Positions 8,883 through 18,108 are shown, counted from the stretch's first letter. The stretch: DNA of 39,497 nucleotides from Mycobacterium sp. (GCF_049280035.1 NZ_JBAPPI010000211.1:1-39497), one strand, 5' to 3'. Notes: generated by a model from the sequence alone, not told the origin. Translations and numbers: made by a program.

Positions 8883-9873
8883 GGATATTAGCCCTGTCCA
8901 AAGTGCGCTGTATTGCTTTGACAATGCCGGCCGCCGACGGGTAGACCTGCGCCTCCAGCGCGGCCGCGGCAGGGTTGGGGACGAACCTGGCACCCACCCG
9001 CTCGACGGGCGCGGCGAGTTCGCCGAACAGTTCGGACTGCAGGATCGCGGCGATCTCCGCTCCAGGACCGGCGAATTGCACTGCATCGTGGACGATCACG
9101 GCTCTGCGGGTACGGCGTGCCGATTCGACGATCGTCTCGACGTCGAGCGGCACGAGAGTACGCAGGTCGACGACCTCCGCGCTCACATCCTGGTCGGCCA
9201 ATGTGGCCGCGGCCGCGAGGGCTTCGTGCACGCTGCGACCGTAGCTGATCACGCTGACGTCGGTGCCCGCTCGCTTGATGTCGGCTTGGCCGAGCGGAAT
9301 CGAGAACCCGGGTTCGACGGGCACGGGTCCCTTTTTACTTTGCAGTCGCACGGTTTCGACGAACAGGCAGGGGTCCTCGTCGAAGATCGCAGAAGTCAAT
9401 AGGCCTTTGCCGTCGCGTGGGGTGGACGGCACGATCACCTTCATGCCGGGGATGTGCATGAACCACGCCTCCAGGCTTTGCGAGTGCGTGGCACCGGTGG
9501 CCAGACCCGCATACACCTGAGTGCGGACGGTGATCGGCGCCGTCGTTCGCCCGGCGGTCATGAATCGCAGTTTGGCGGCGTTGTTGATCAGCTGGTCCGC
9601 AGCGATCCCGATGAAATCCATGATCATGATCTCGGCCACCGGCAGCAGTCCGTCGATGGCGGCGCCGATCGCGGCGCCGACGATCGCGGCTTCCGAGATC
9701 GGGGTATCCAGCACGCGGTCGTGGCCGTATTTCGTCGACAACCCTGCCGTCGGCCCGGTCGCTCCGGGATCGGCGATGTCCTCGCCGAGCAGGAAGACGC
9801 GATCGTCGGCCTGCAGGGCCTCGTCGAGCGCGAGGTTCAGCGCCTCGCGCATCGTCATCTCTTTATCTTCCAT
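8875..9873 (-). CDS. TPP-dependent 2-oxoacid/acetoin dehydrogenase E1 beta subunit
   Basis: REALNLALDE, FLLGEDI, RVLDTPISE, HSQSLEAWF, EVVDLRTLVPLD. Confidence 0.9.
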   Translation of the reverse strand: MEDKEMTMREALNLALDEALQADDRVFLLGEDIADPGATGPTAGLSTKYGHDRVLDTPISEAAIVGAAIGAAIDGLLPVAEIMIMDFIGIAADQLINNAAKLRFMTAGRTTAPITVRTQVYAGLATGATHSQSLEAWFMHIPGMKVIVPSTPRDGKGLLTSAIFDEDPCLFVETVRLQSKKGPVPVEPGFSIPLGQADIKRAGTDVSVISYGRSVHEALAAAATLADQDVSAEVVDLRTLVPLDVETIVESARRTRRAVIVHDAVQFAGPGAEIAAILQSELFGELAAPVERVGARFVPNPAAAALEAQVYPSAAGIVKAIQRTLDRANIHG

Positions 9874-9877
9874 GCCT

Positions 9878-10870
9878 TTACACCGGGAACTTGATCGGGG
9901 TTGCGTACACGTCTTGGTCGAGCTCGTCGATCGACGGGGAGTCCGCGCTCATCACGGTTTTCAGCGCGGCTTCGACCGTCGCTGCGGCCTCGTTTTCGAA
10001 GCTGTCGAGCTCATCGCCACCGCAGATGCCGGTGTCGGCGAGGTGGTCGCGGAATCTCGGCACCGGATCGGCGGCGATCGCCGCGGCCAATTGGTCTTTG
10101 GGGATATACGCCATCCGGTCACCGAAGTAATGGCCGCGAAAACGGAAAGTCACACACTCGATGAACGTCGGGCCGCCGCCGGTGCGGGCCCGGTGCAGGG
10201 CTTCGTCGAGCGAGGCTTTGACGGCTAGCGGGTCGTTGCCGTCGACGCGTACACCCGGCATGCCGTAACCGGCCGCCCGCTCGGAGACGTGTTCGAGCTT
10301 CATGGTGTCGGCGGTCGGCGTCATCTCGGCGTAGAGATTGTTCTGGCACACGAATACAACCGGCAGATCCCACAGCGCGGCCATGTTGGCCGCTTCGTGG
10401 AATGAGCCGGTGTTGGTGGCGCCGTCACCGAAGCTGACCACCGTGACCCGGTCGAGGCGCTTGCGTTTGGCGGCCATCGCCAAACCCACCGCCACCGGCG
10501 GTCCGGCCCCGACGATCCCGGTCGAAAGCATCACGCCCTTATCGGGTTTGGCGATATGCATAGTGCCGCCCTTGCCCCGGCTGGCGCCGACGGTGCGGCC
10601 CATCATCTCGCCGTAGATCTCCTCGAGCGGGACGCCCTTGCCGATCAGATCGTGCAGCCCCCGGTAGGTCGTGACCAGCTGGTCGTCGGGTCGCAGCGAT
10701 ACCCCCATCGCCGCGGCGATCGCCTCCTGGCCGCGCGACGGCCAGTACACGCACATGAACTCGCCGGTGCCGATGCCTTTCGAAAGCCGGTCGTCGGCCG
10801 CCTTCATCAGCACCATCAGCGAATAGATGCGCTTCTGGAGCTCTGGAGCTACCTCTACGATCGAAGTCAC
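9878..10870 (-). CDS. TPP-dependent 2-oxoacid/acetoin dehydrogenase E1 alpha subunit
   Basis: GQEA, GKGGTMH, TPP motif FGDGATN...CQNNLY, VDGNDP, TFRFRGH. Start placed at GTG 10870 (GTGA overlap with the upstream stop). Confidence 0.9.
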   Translation of the reverse strand: MTSIVEVAPELQKRIYSLMVLMKAADDRLSKGIGTGEFMCVYWPSRGQEAIAAAMGVSLRPDDQLVTTYRGLHDLIGKGVPLEEIYGEMMGRTVGASRGKGGTMHIAKPDKGVMLSTGIVGAGPPVAVGLAMAAKRKRLDRVTVVSFGDGATNTGSFHEAANMAALWDLPVVFVCQNNLYAEMTPTADTMKLEHVSERAAGYGMPGVRVDGNDPLAVKASLDEALHRARTGGGPTFIECVTFRFRGHYFGDRMAYIPKDQLAAAIAADPVPRFRDHLADTGICGGDELDSFENEAAATVEAALKTVMSADSPSIDELDQDVYATPIKFPV

Positions 10871-11187
10871 TTTGTGTAGGAGCCGATCTGCCCATACACC
10901 TTGGGAATTGGCGGGGTCTCCATGTTGAGCAGCTCCAGCGACGACATCTTCCCGCTGGCACCGAGCTCCCCCAGCCGTTGCACCACCGAGTCGAGGTCGT
11001 CGCAATCGAGCTCGTAGATAGCGATGAATGGGCCTTTTCCGTCGGTGGGCGCGAACCGGCGCGCAGAGACGATGCCGTCCACCGAGCAGATCTCGGCCAG
11101 ATGGGTGTCGTTGTACCACTTGTGGTAGTCCTCGACGCGGTCCGGCGACACCGGCATCGACTCCAGGTAGATGATCCCTTTAGGCAT
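10867..11187 (-). CDS. Small EthD/DUF4286-like dimeric alpha-beta barrel protein
   Basis: DYHKWYNDTHLAEICSVDGIVSARRF...FIAIYEL pattern. Start MPKGII at 11187. Confidence 0.7.
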   Translation of the reverse strand: MPKGIIYLESMPVSPDRVEDYHKWYNDTHLAEICSVDGIVSARRFAPTDGKGPFIAIYELDCDDLDSVVQRLGELGASGKMSSLELLNMETPPIPKVYGQIGSYTK

Positions 11188-11241
11188 GCGCCCACTCCTC
11201 CTCATCGCTTCGCTCTGCATCGTCGTCGGCGGTGGGCATGC
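11183..11241 (-). repeat. Single MIRU-like (mycobacterial interspersed repetitive unit) element, 52 bp, carrying a 19-aa mini-ORF (11180..11239)
   Basis: The minus strand reads ATGCCCACCGCCGACGACGATGCAGAGCGAAGCGATGAGGAGGAGTGGGCGC, matching the MIRU core as I recall it. GGCATGC is repeated at 11183-11189 and 11235-11241. Confidence 0.8.
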
Positions 11242-11285
11242 TTACCTCTCCATTTCGGTTGGGCTGCAGTTCGATTGACTGAACG

Positions 11286-12149
11286 TCATGCGCCCGACCA
11301 CGGCTTCACCTTGAGGAAGCCACCGGCGTCGACGCGCAACTGCTGGCCGGTGATGTAGCGCGCAGCATCCGAGGCCAGGAATAGCACGGCCTCACTGATG
11401 TCCTCGGGTTCGACATAAGGCACCGGCATCGCCTGCACCAGCGGGAAAACCGGTTCGGCGTCTTCTCGAGTCGGGTTCTTCAGGTCCGGCCGGAAGGCCC
11501 GGTACATCGGCGCGCTGTGCAGCATGTCGGTGTTGACGTTCGTCGGGTGTACTGCATTCATCCGGATGGAGAACTTGGCCAGTGCCAGCGCAAAATCGTT
11601 GACATAGTGTGCGGCAGCTATTTTCGCGAACGCATATCCTGCGCCGCCGGGACCGCCGTCGATGCCGGTGGTGTTCATCGACGACATGAAGGCCGCGTTG
11701 GATCCGATCACGATGATCGAGGCCCCGGCCTGCAGGTGTTTAAGGCTGGAATGCACGAGGTTGAGCACGCCGACCAGATCGACGTCCACCGCGTCGGCGA
11801 AGGCCTGCGGCGGCAGGCCCGCGGTCAGCGGACAGATTCCTGCGTTGGCGATCACGATGTCGAGGTGACCCAACTCCGCGACGCCCCGGTCGATCGCCGC
11901 GGACAGGGCGGCGCGGTCGCGGACGTCGGCGATTTCGGTGAAGACGCGCTGGCCCTCTTTCTCAACGAGCCGGGCGGTTTCGTCGAGGTCCTCCGGACGG
12001 GCTAGCGGGTACTCGTTCGTTTCGATGTCCGCGCACAGGTCCACCGCGATGATGTCGGCGCCCTCGGCGGCGAGCATTCGGGCGTGAGAGCGGCCCTGAC
12101 CACGCGCGGCTCCGCTGACCACAGCTACCTTGCCCGTCACTCTGCCCAT
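11286..12149 (-). CDS. Mycofactocin-coupled SDR family oxidoreductase
   Basis: SGAARGQGRSHA, DIIAVDLCADIETNEYPLA insertion, ANAGI, YAFAK catalytic motif, HPTNVNTDM. Start MGRVTGK behind GAAAGGA. Confidence 0.85.
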   Translation of the reverse strand: MGRVTGKVAVVSGAARGQGRSHARMLAAEGADIIAVDLCADIETNEYPLARPEDLDETARLVEKEGQRVFTEIADVRDRAALSAAIDRGVAELGHLDIVIANAGICPLTAGLPPQAFADAVDVDLVGVLNLVHSSLKHLQAGASIIVIGSNAAFMSSMNTTGIDGGPGGAGYAFAKIAAAHYVNDFALALAKFSIRMNAVHPTNVNTDMLHSAPMYRAFRPDLKNPTREDAEPVFPLVQAMPVPYVEPEDISEAVLFLASDAARYITGQQLRVDAGGFLKVKPWSGA

Positions 12150-12332
12150 CGCCGGTCCTTTCTCAGCACTGTTAAAGACGAACCACACTGGGGCTCAGGA
12201 TTTTTCACGCGAGTGCCGGGAAAACCAAATGCGGCGCTGACCCGGCCATGGGTTGGGGCCGGACGAGCGTTGGACTCCATCGCATCTCTTCCAGGACGCT
12301 GCGTCGTTGCAGTACAGGCTGACAAATACCTA

Positions 12333-12346
12333 TAGTATCTATACTA
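12333..12346. promoter_or_regulatory. Palindrome TAGTAT-CT-ATACTA in an AT-rich divergent promoter region (candidate operator)
   Basis: Perfect 6-bp arms between the divergent SDR and CoA-transferase genes. Confidence 0.4.
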
Positions 12347-12381
12347 CCTAAAATAGAAAAGACACCGAAAAGAGTGGGCAA

Positions 12382-13599
12382 ATGTCAGGGGTGCTCAGTG
12401 GTGTCCGGGTCGTCGAGCTGGCTTCCTGGACGTACGTCCCTGCTGCCGGTGTCGCCCTGGCGGACTGGGGCGCCGAGGTCATCAAGGTGGAGAGCGTCGT
12501 CGGTGATCCTGGCCGGGCGCTGGTGGTCGGAGGGTTCACCCGGCAAGCTGCACGTGCCGATGCCGACTTCATCCTAGAGCTGAGCAACCGCGGAAAGCGA
12601 AGCATCGCTTTAGATCTCAAGAGTGAGACCGGTCGGCAATTCTTCGGCCGACTACTGGCCGACGCCGACGTGCTGCTCACCAACTGGCTCCCGGCGGTGC
12701 TCGAGCGGGCACGTCTGACGGTCGAGGACATCCGCGCGTTCAACCCGAACATCATCATCGCCCGCGGAACCGGGTTGGGTGTGCGCGGCCCCGACCGCGA
12801 CCGCGGCGGCTTTGACGCCGCCACCTATTTGGCCCGCGGCGGAGTCGCCTACACGCTGACGCCGTTCGGCACCGAGAATCCCGCCGTGCAAGGTCCGGCC
12901 TTCGGCGACCTACAGGCCGGAATCACCCTGGCCGGCGGAGTCTGCGCAGCACTGTTCCACCGCGAGCGCACCGGGGAGCCGACGATCGTGGATTCGTCGC
13001 TACTGGCCCAGGCGATGTGGAGCATCGCGCCGTCGATCTCGGTCGCCGACCTCTTCGGCATCGACGGCATCCCGGGAGCGCCGCCGGGGCTGGCGATGAA
13101 CCCGCTGGTCAACCGCTACAAGACCAAGGATGACCGGTGGATCCAGTTGGTGTTTCTGCAGCCGGACAAGTTCTGGGCGGGATTCTGTGAGCGGATCGGG
13201 CTGCCGGAACTGGCCACCGATGAGCGCTTCGTACCGTCGTCGAATCTGGTCGCCAACGCCGCCGAGGCGACCGCCCTGATCGGCGCCAAGTTCGCCGAGA
13301 ACGACCTGGAACACTGGCGCCAAGCACTGGCCGACGAACCCGGCGTGTGGGCGCCGCTGGCCACACCCCGTGAGACGCTCAACGACCCGCAAAGCAAACC
13401 CAACGGCTACCTGATCACCAACGTCGACGACCAGGGCGTCGAGTACGTAATGGTGGCTGCGCCAGTGCAGTTCGATGAAACGCCACCTGGTCCGGGGCGC
13501 GCGCCCGAACACGGGCAACACACCGAGGAGATTCTGCTCGAACTCGGCTTCGACTGGGACGACATCGCCAAGGCCAAAGACAGCGGAGCGATCCTGTAG
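12382..13599 (+). CDS. CaiB/BaiF family (class III) CoA-transferase
   Basis: LSGVRVVEL, LADWGAEVIKVES, NRGKRSIALDLK, ADVLLTN, FGDL (catalytic Asp position), APEHGQHTEEIL. Confidence 0.92.
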   Translation: MSGVLSGVRVVELASWTYVPAAGVALADWGAEVIKVESVVGDPGRALVVGGFTRQAARADADFILELSNRGKRSIALDLKSETGRQFFGRLLADADVLLTNWLPAVLERARLTVEDIRAFNPNIIIARGTGLGVRGPDRDRGGFDAATYLARGGVAYTLTPFGTENPAVQGPAFGDLQAGITLAGGVCAALFHRERTGEPTIVDSSLLAQAMWSIAPSISVADLFGIDGIPGAPPGLAMNPLVNRYKTKDDRWIQLVFLQPDKFWAGFCERIGLPELATDERFVPSSNLVANAAEATALIGAKFAENDLEHWRQALADEPGVWAPLATPRETLNDPQSKPNGYLITNVDDQGVEYVMVAAPVQFDETPPGPGRAPEHGQHTEEILLELGFDWDDIAKAKDSGAIL

Positions 13600-13637
13600 C
13601 CTGCCCCTCGAACGCGAATCTTGTGGAGGGGAATTTG

Positions 13638-15587
13638 ATGACCGCCGGCGTCGAGCAGTTGGAGTTTCAGGCCGAGGCGCGACAACTGCTGGACTTGATG
13701 GTCCACTCGGTCTACTCCGACAAGGATTCATTTCTGCGGGAGCTGATCTCGAACGCCTCCGATGCGCTGGACAAGCTGCGGATCGAAGCGTTCCGTAATA
13801 AAGACCTGGACCCAAATATCACTGACACGTCCGATCTGCACATCGAGATCGAGGCAGACAAGGACGCTCGCACCCTGACCATTCGCGACAACGGCATTGG
13901 CATGACGCGCGCCGAGGTCGTCGATTTGATCGGCACCCTGGCCAAGTCGGGCACCGCCGAGCTGCGCCAGCAGTTGCGCGAAGCCAAGACCGCCAAAAAC
14001 ACAGCGGTGTCCGAAGAACTGATCGGCCAATTCGGTATCGGCTTCTACTCCACGTTCATGGTGGCCGACAAGGTCGAGCTGCTCACACATAAGGCCGGCG
14101 AGAGCGAGGCGACCAAGTGGGAGTCCAGCGGCGACGGCACGTACACGATCGCCGCGGTCGAGGGTGCTGCCCAGGGAACGTCGGTCACGCTGCACCTCAA
14201 GCCAGAAGACACCGAGGACGCACTGCACGACTACACCTCGGAGTGGAAGATCAGGACGCTGGTCAAGAAGTACTCCGACTTCATCGCCTGGCCCATCCGG
14301 ATGGAGGTGGAGACAAGGACCCCTGCTTCCGAGGAAGGCGGGGAAGAGACCATCACACTGGAGACCGCGACCCTCAACTCGATGAAGGCGCTGTGGGCCA
14401 GGCCCAAAGACGAGGTCTCTGAGGAAGAGTACAAGGAGTTCTACAAGCACATCGCCCATGCCTGGGACGATCCGCTCGAGGTCATCTCGATGAAGGCCGA
14501 GGGCACCTTCGAGTACCAGGCCCTGCTCTTCATCCCGTCCCGCGCCCCATTCGACTTATACGAACCGGGGGCGAACATCGGTGTCCAGTTGTACGTCAAG
14601 CGCGTCTTCATCATGGGCGATTGCGAAGAGCTCATGCCCAGATATCTGCGCTTCATCAAGGGCGTCGTCGACGCACAGGATCTGTCGCTGAACGTTTCCC
14701 GCGAGATCCTGCAGCAGGATCGACAGATCAACGCGATCCGGCGTCGTTTGACCAAGAAGGTCCTATCAACGATCAAGGATCTGCAGTCCGAGCGGCCGGA
14801 GGATTACCGCACGTTCTGGGGCCAGTTCGGGAAGGTCTTGAAAGAAGGCCTGATGCGGGACTTCGACAACCAGGAGACGTTGCTGCAAATCTCCTCGTTC
14901 GCTTCGACCCACAGCGACGACGAACTCACCACCCTCACCGACTATGTCGAACGGATGAAGGACGGCCAGCAGCAGATCTTCTACGCCACTGGAGAGTCAC
15001 GTCAGCAGATCCTCAACTCACCGCACCTGGAAGCATTCAAGGCCAAGGGTTACGAGGTGCTGCTACTCACCGACACCGTCGACGAGATCTGGCTGGGGTC
15101 GGTGACCGAGTTCGACGGCAAACCACTGCAGTCGGTGGCCAAGGGCGAGGTGGACCTCGACACCGAGGAAGAGAAGACGGCCCACGAGGCCGAGCGCAAA
15201 GAGCGCGAGAAGGATTTCGCCGACCTGCTTACCTGGCTGACGGAGACCCTGAGCGAGCACGTCAAGGAAGTGCGGCTGTCTACCCGACTGACGCAGTCGC
15301 CGGCCTGCCTGATCACCGACGCCTTCGGCATCACCCCGACGCTCGCCCGCATGTACCGGGCCTCCGGCCAAGACGTTCCGGTCGAGAAGCGGACGTTGGA
15401 AATCAACCCGAACCATCCACTGGTCACCGGCTTGCAGCAAGCACACAAAGACCGCGCCGATGACCCATCGGTCGCTGAGACCGCCGAATTACTGTATGGC
15501 ACAGCACTTCTCGCCGAAGGCGACACACCTGAGAATCCGGCACGGTTCGCCGAGTTGCTCGCGGGTAGGTTGGCTCGCACGGTATAG
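13638..15587 (+). CDS. htpG: Molecular chaperone HtpG (Hsp90)
   Basis: EFQAEARQLLDLM, FLRELISNASDALDK, RDNGIGM, IGQFGIGFYS, LNVSREILQ, EINPNHPL. Start at ATG 13638 behind GGAGGGG. Confidence 0.97.
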   Translation: MTAGVEQLEFQAEARQLLDLMVHSVYSDKDSFLRELISNASDALDKLRIEAFRNKDLDPNITDTSDLHIEIEADKDARTLTIRDNGIGMTRAEVVDLIGTLAKSGTAELRQQLREAKTAKNTAVSEELIGQFGIGFYSTFMVADKVELLTHKAGESEATKWESSGDGTYTIAAVEGAAQGTSVTLHLKPEDTEDALHDYTSEWKIRTLVKKYSDFIAWPIRMEVETRTPASEEGGEETITLETATLNSMKALWARPKDEVSEEEYKEFYKHIAHAWDDPLEVISMKAEGTFEYQALLFIPSRAPFDLYEPGANIGVQLYVKRVFIMGDCEELMPRYLRFIKGVVDAQDLSLNVSREILQQDRQINAIRRRLTKKVLSTIKDLQSERPEDYRTFWGQFGKVLKEGLMRDFDNQETLLQISSFASTHSDDELTTLTDYVERMKDGQQQIFYATGESRQQILNSPHLEAFKAKGYEVLLLTDTVDEIWLGSVTEFDGKPLQSVAKGEVDLDTEEEKTAHEAERKEREKDFADLLTWLTETLSEHVKEVRLSTRLTQSPACLITDAFGITPTLARMYRASGQDVPVEKRTLEINPNHPLVTGLQQAHKDRADDPSVAETAELLYGTALLAEGDTPENPARFAELLAGRLARTV

Positions 15588-15605
15588 CGGCGAGACGGCG
15601 GGTGG

Positions 15606-16877
15606 TTAGTTGCCGTGCCGCACCTGGCTGAACGGCACACCACGGTCGGCGGCGTACTCGCGGGGGAAGTTCAGCACGCGCTCGCCGATGACGTTGCGGG
15701 CCAACTCGCTGGTGCCCCCGCCGATGCAAACGGTTTGCCGGGACAGGTAGCGCAGGCCGATCTGCAGGCCCTCCCCTTCTGCGCCGACGACCCCGGCCGT
15801 TCCGGTGATTGCCAGCCCGGCATCCATCTCCAGGGTGACCGTCTCGGCGTGGAAAAGGCGGAGCAGGGTTCCGGCGGCCGGCGGCAGGATGCCGTCGCGG
15901 ACGCTGCGGTAAACATGGTCGCCCAGTTGGTCGCTGACCGCCCGGTGCACTAATGCCCGTCCGGCTATCTGTTGTACCCGCTCGTTGTCGGCCTGCCCGA
16001 TCGTCTCGGCCAACCGCGCATAGTTCACCGGCGTCGTTCGGCCGCCCTCACTGCCACTGCCGCTGGCGAATTCCGAACTCCCGCCCACCGCGCGGCGCTC
16101 GTGGTAGAGCTGGCGTGAGGCGACCGTCCATCCGTCGTTGACTTCGCCGACGACAGCGTCGGCGCCGACGTCGACACCATCGAGGAACTCTTCACAAAAC
16201 TCCGTCGACCCGTTCAGCTGAGTGATGCGCCGCAACGTGATTCCCGGGTGCTTGATCGGCACCAAGAACATGGTCAGGCCATCATGCTTGGGCACATCCC
16301 AATTGGTGCGGGCCAGGCACAGGCCGTAGTCGGCCGCGAATGCGCTGGTGCTCCACGTCTTTGCGCCGTTGATAACCCAATGCTCACCATCCCGCTCGGC
16401 CCGGGTGATCACGCCGGCGAGATCCGATCCGCCGCTGGGCTCGGACAACAACTGAACCAGCACCTCGTCACCCCGCAACGCGGCGGCGATGTGCTGACGC
16501 TTTTGTTCTTCGCTACCCGTGTCGAGCAGCGTCGCGCAGCAGATGGTGAACGTCGGTGTGTTGAGGATCAGCGGCATCTCATAGCTGTGGCTCTCCTCGT
16601 CGAATGCCCGCTGACACTCGTAGTCCAGTCCCAGCCCGCCGTACTCGGGGGGAAAGCAGATGCCGGCGAATCCGCCTTCATACAACCGCTTTTGCAGCTC
16701 GCGAGCCCGCTGCCAACAGCGTTCCTCGTCGCGATGGGCGGCCGGCGGATGCGCGGGGTCAATCGGTGGCATGTTGTCAGCCAGCCAGGCTCTCGCCCGG
16801 GCACGGAACTCGTCGATGCTTTCGACGCCGGTGGATGCCACCGTGTCGGTCCCGGACGCCTTGGATGCCGTAGCCAT
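15606..16877 (-). CDS. Acyl-CoA dehydrogenase (subunit with intact FAD motifs)
   Basis: QLLSEPSGGSDLAG, INGAKTWST, EFCEEFLD, LYHER, IGGGTSE. The start overlaps the upstream stop (TGATG). Confidence 0.9.
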   Translation of the reverse strand: MATASKASGTDTVASTGVESIDEFRARARAWLADNMPPIDPAHPPAAHRDEERCWQRARELQKRLYEGGFAGICFPPEYGGLGLDYECQRAFDEESHSYEMPLILNTPTFTICCATLLDTGSEEQKRQHIAAALRGDEVLVQLLSEPSGGSDLAGVITRAERDGEHWVINGAKTWSTSAFAADYGLCLARTNWDVPKHDGLTMFLVPIKHPGITLRRITQLNGSTEFCEEFLDGVDVGADAVVGEVNDGWTVASRQLYHERRAVGGSSEFASGSGSEGGRTTPVNYARLAETIGQADNERVQQIAGRALVHRAVSDQLGDHVYRSVRDGILPPAAGTLLRLFHAETVTLEMDAGLAITGTAGVVGAEGEGLQIGLRYLSRQTVCIGGGTSELARNVIGERVLNFPREYAADRGVPFSQVRHGN

Positions 16878-18028
16878 CAAGCAGACCTCGGGGCTGGGTT
16901 TCCGGTCTCCTGCCACTGGTACACCCGCAGGTTGTGCTCTTCGGGCGTGCCAAACATGGCCCGGTACAGCGCAACCCGCCGCAAGTACACGTGCAGATCG
17001 TGTTCCCAGGTGACGCCGATTCCACCGTGCATCTGCACACAGCCCTGGACGATTTCAGGCGACATTTCCCCGACGTACGACTTGGCGATGCTGGCCGACA
17101 AACCGGCGTCGGACGAACGGGCGGCCACGGCCGCCACCGCTGCGGCCGTCGTGGCCCGGCATGCCTCCAACCACATCTTCATATCTGCGAAGCGGTGTTT
17201 GAGTGCTTGGTAGGACGCCAGCGGGCGGCCAAAGGTGTGCCGGTCCAACGCCCAAGCGACGGTGAAGTCGAAAACTGTTTGCAGAATGCCGATTACTTCG
17301 GCGCACTGCAGCACCTGCGCGACGTGGCTTTGATGATCGATGAGTTCGGTGGTCTCGGCGGCGCTACCGACGGCCGCGCTGTGCTCGACGTCCACGCCGT
17401 CGAAATGCACGCGGGCGTATTGCTTGACCAGATCGACCGATTGCTGCGGCTCGATCTGAACCCCCGCGGCGTTGGTGGGCACCAGGAACTGGCGCACGCC
17501 GTCGTCACCTCGTGCCACCACAAGCAGCAGACCGCTCTGGGCACCCGCCTCCACACGATCTTTGACACCGTCGATGCGGTAGCCGGTACCGGTCTCGGTG
17601 AAGGTCACCGACGGCTCGTGGGGCGCCCAGCCCTGCCCCGGCTCGTAGACCGCCCAAGACGCCACCATTTCGCCGGAGATCAGCGACTGGATCGTGGCCA
17701 CATGGGACTGTCGCTCAGCGCAGTCCACCAGCCCCGCGAGCACCGTGCTGACCGGGTACAGCGGCCCCGGCGCCACCGTCTTTCCGAGCTGTTCGGCGAC
17801 CATCGCCAGATCGGCGACACCGTCGCCCGAGACGCTGCCGCCGCCCAGTTCCTCGGGCACCAACAAGGCCGTCCAGCCCAGCTCAGCGGCCCGCTGCCAC
17901 CAGGTCTGGTCGAACGAGACACCCGCCGCGTGCAGCTCCCGCACCCGGCTCAGCGGAACCTCTTTTTGGAGAAAAGCTTGGGTGGTGGAGGCGAAGAGTA
18001 TCTTTTCGGGGGAATCGACGGCAGTCAT
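16877..18028 (-). CDS. Acyl-CoA dehydrogenase (partner subunit, degenerate N-terminal FAD motif)
   Basis: RHTFGRPLASYQALKHRFAD and VQMHGGIGVTWEHD are present. The EPxxGSD motif is reduced to YEPGQGW. Confidence 0.9.
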   Translation of the reverse strand: MTAVDSPEKILFASTTQAFLQKEVPLSRVRELHAAGVSFDQTWWQRAAELGWTALLVPEELGGGSVSGDGVADLAMVAEQLGKTVAPGPLYPVSTVLAGLVDCAERQSHVATIQSLISGEMVASWAVYEPGQGWAPHEPSVTFTETGTGYRIDGVKDRVEAGAQSGLLLVVARGDDGVRQFLVPTNAAGVQIEPQQSVDLVKQYARVHFDGVDVEHSAAVGSAAETTELIDHQSHVAQVLQCAEVIGILQTVFDFTVAWALDRHTFGRPLASYQALKHRFADMKMWLEACRATTAAAVAAVAARSSDAGLSASIAKSYVGEMSPEIVQGCVQMHGGIGVTWEHDLHVYLRRVALYRAMFGTPEEHNLRVYQWQETGNPAPRSA

Positions 18029-18108
18029 GATGTTGTTGGCTACGGCCTTCCCGTCCGATTCGATCCCAGTCGGGGTTCACTGGTGCCTTCGATGGTAGCA
18101 ATGAGCAA

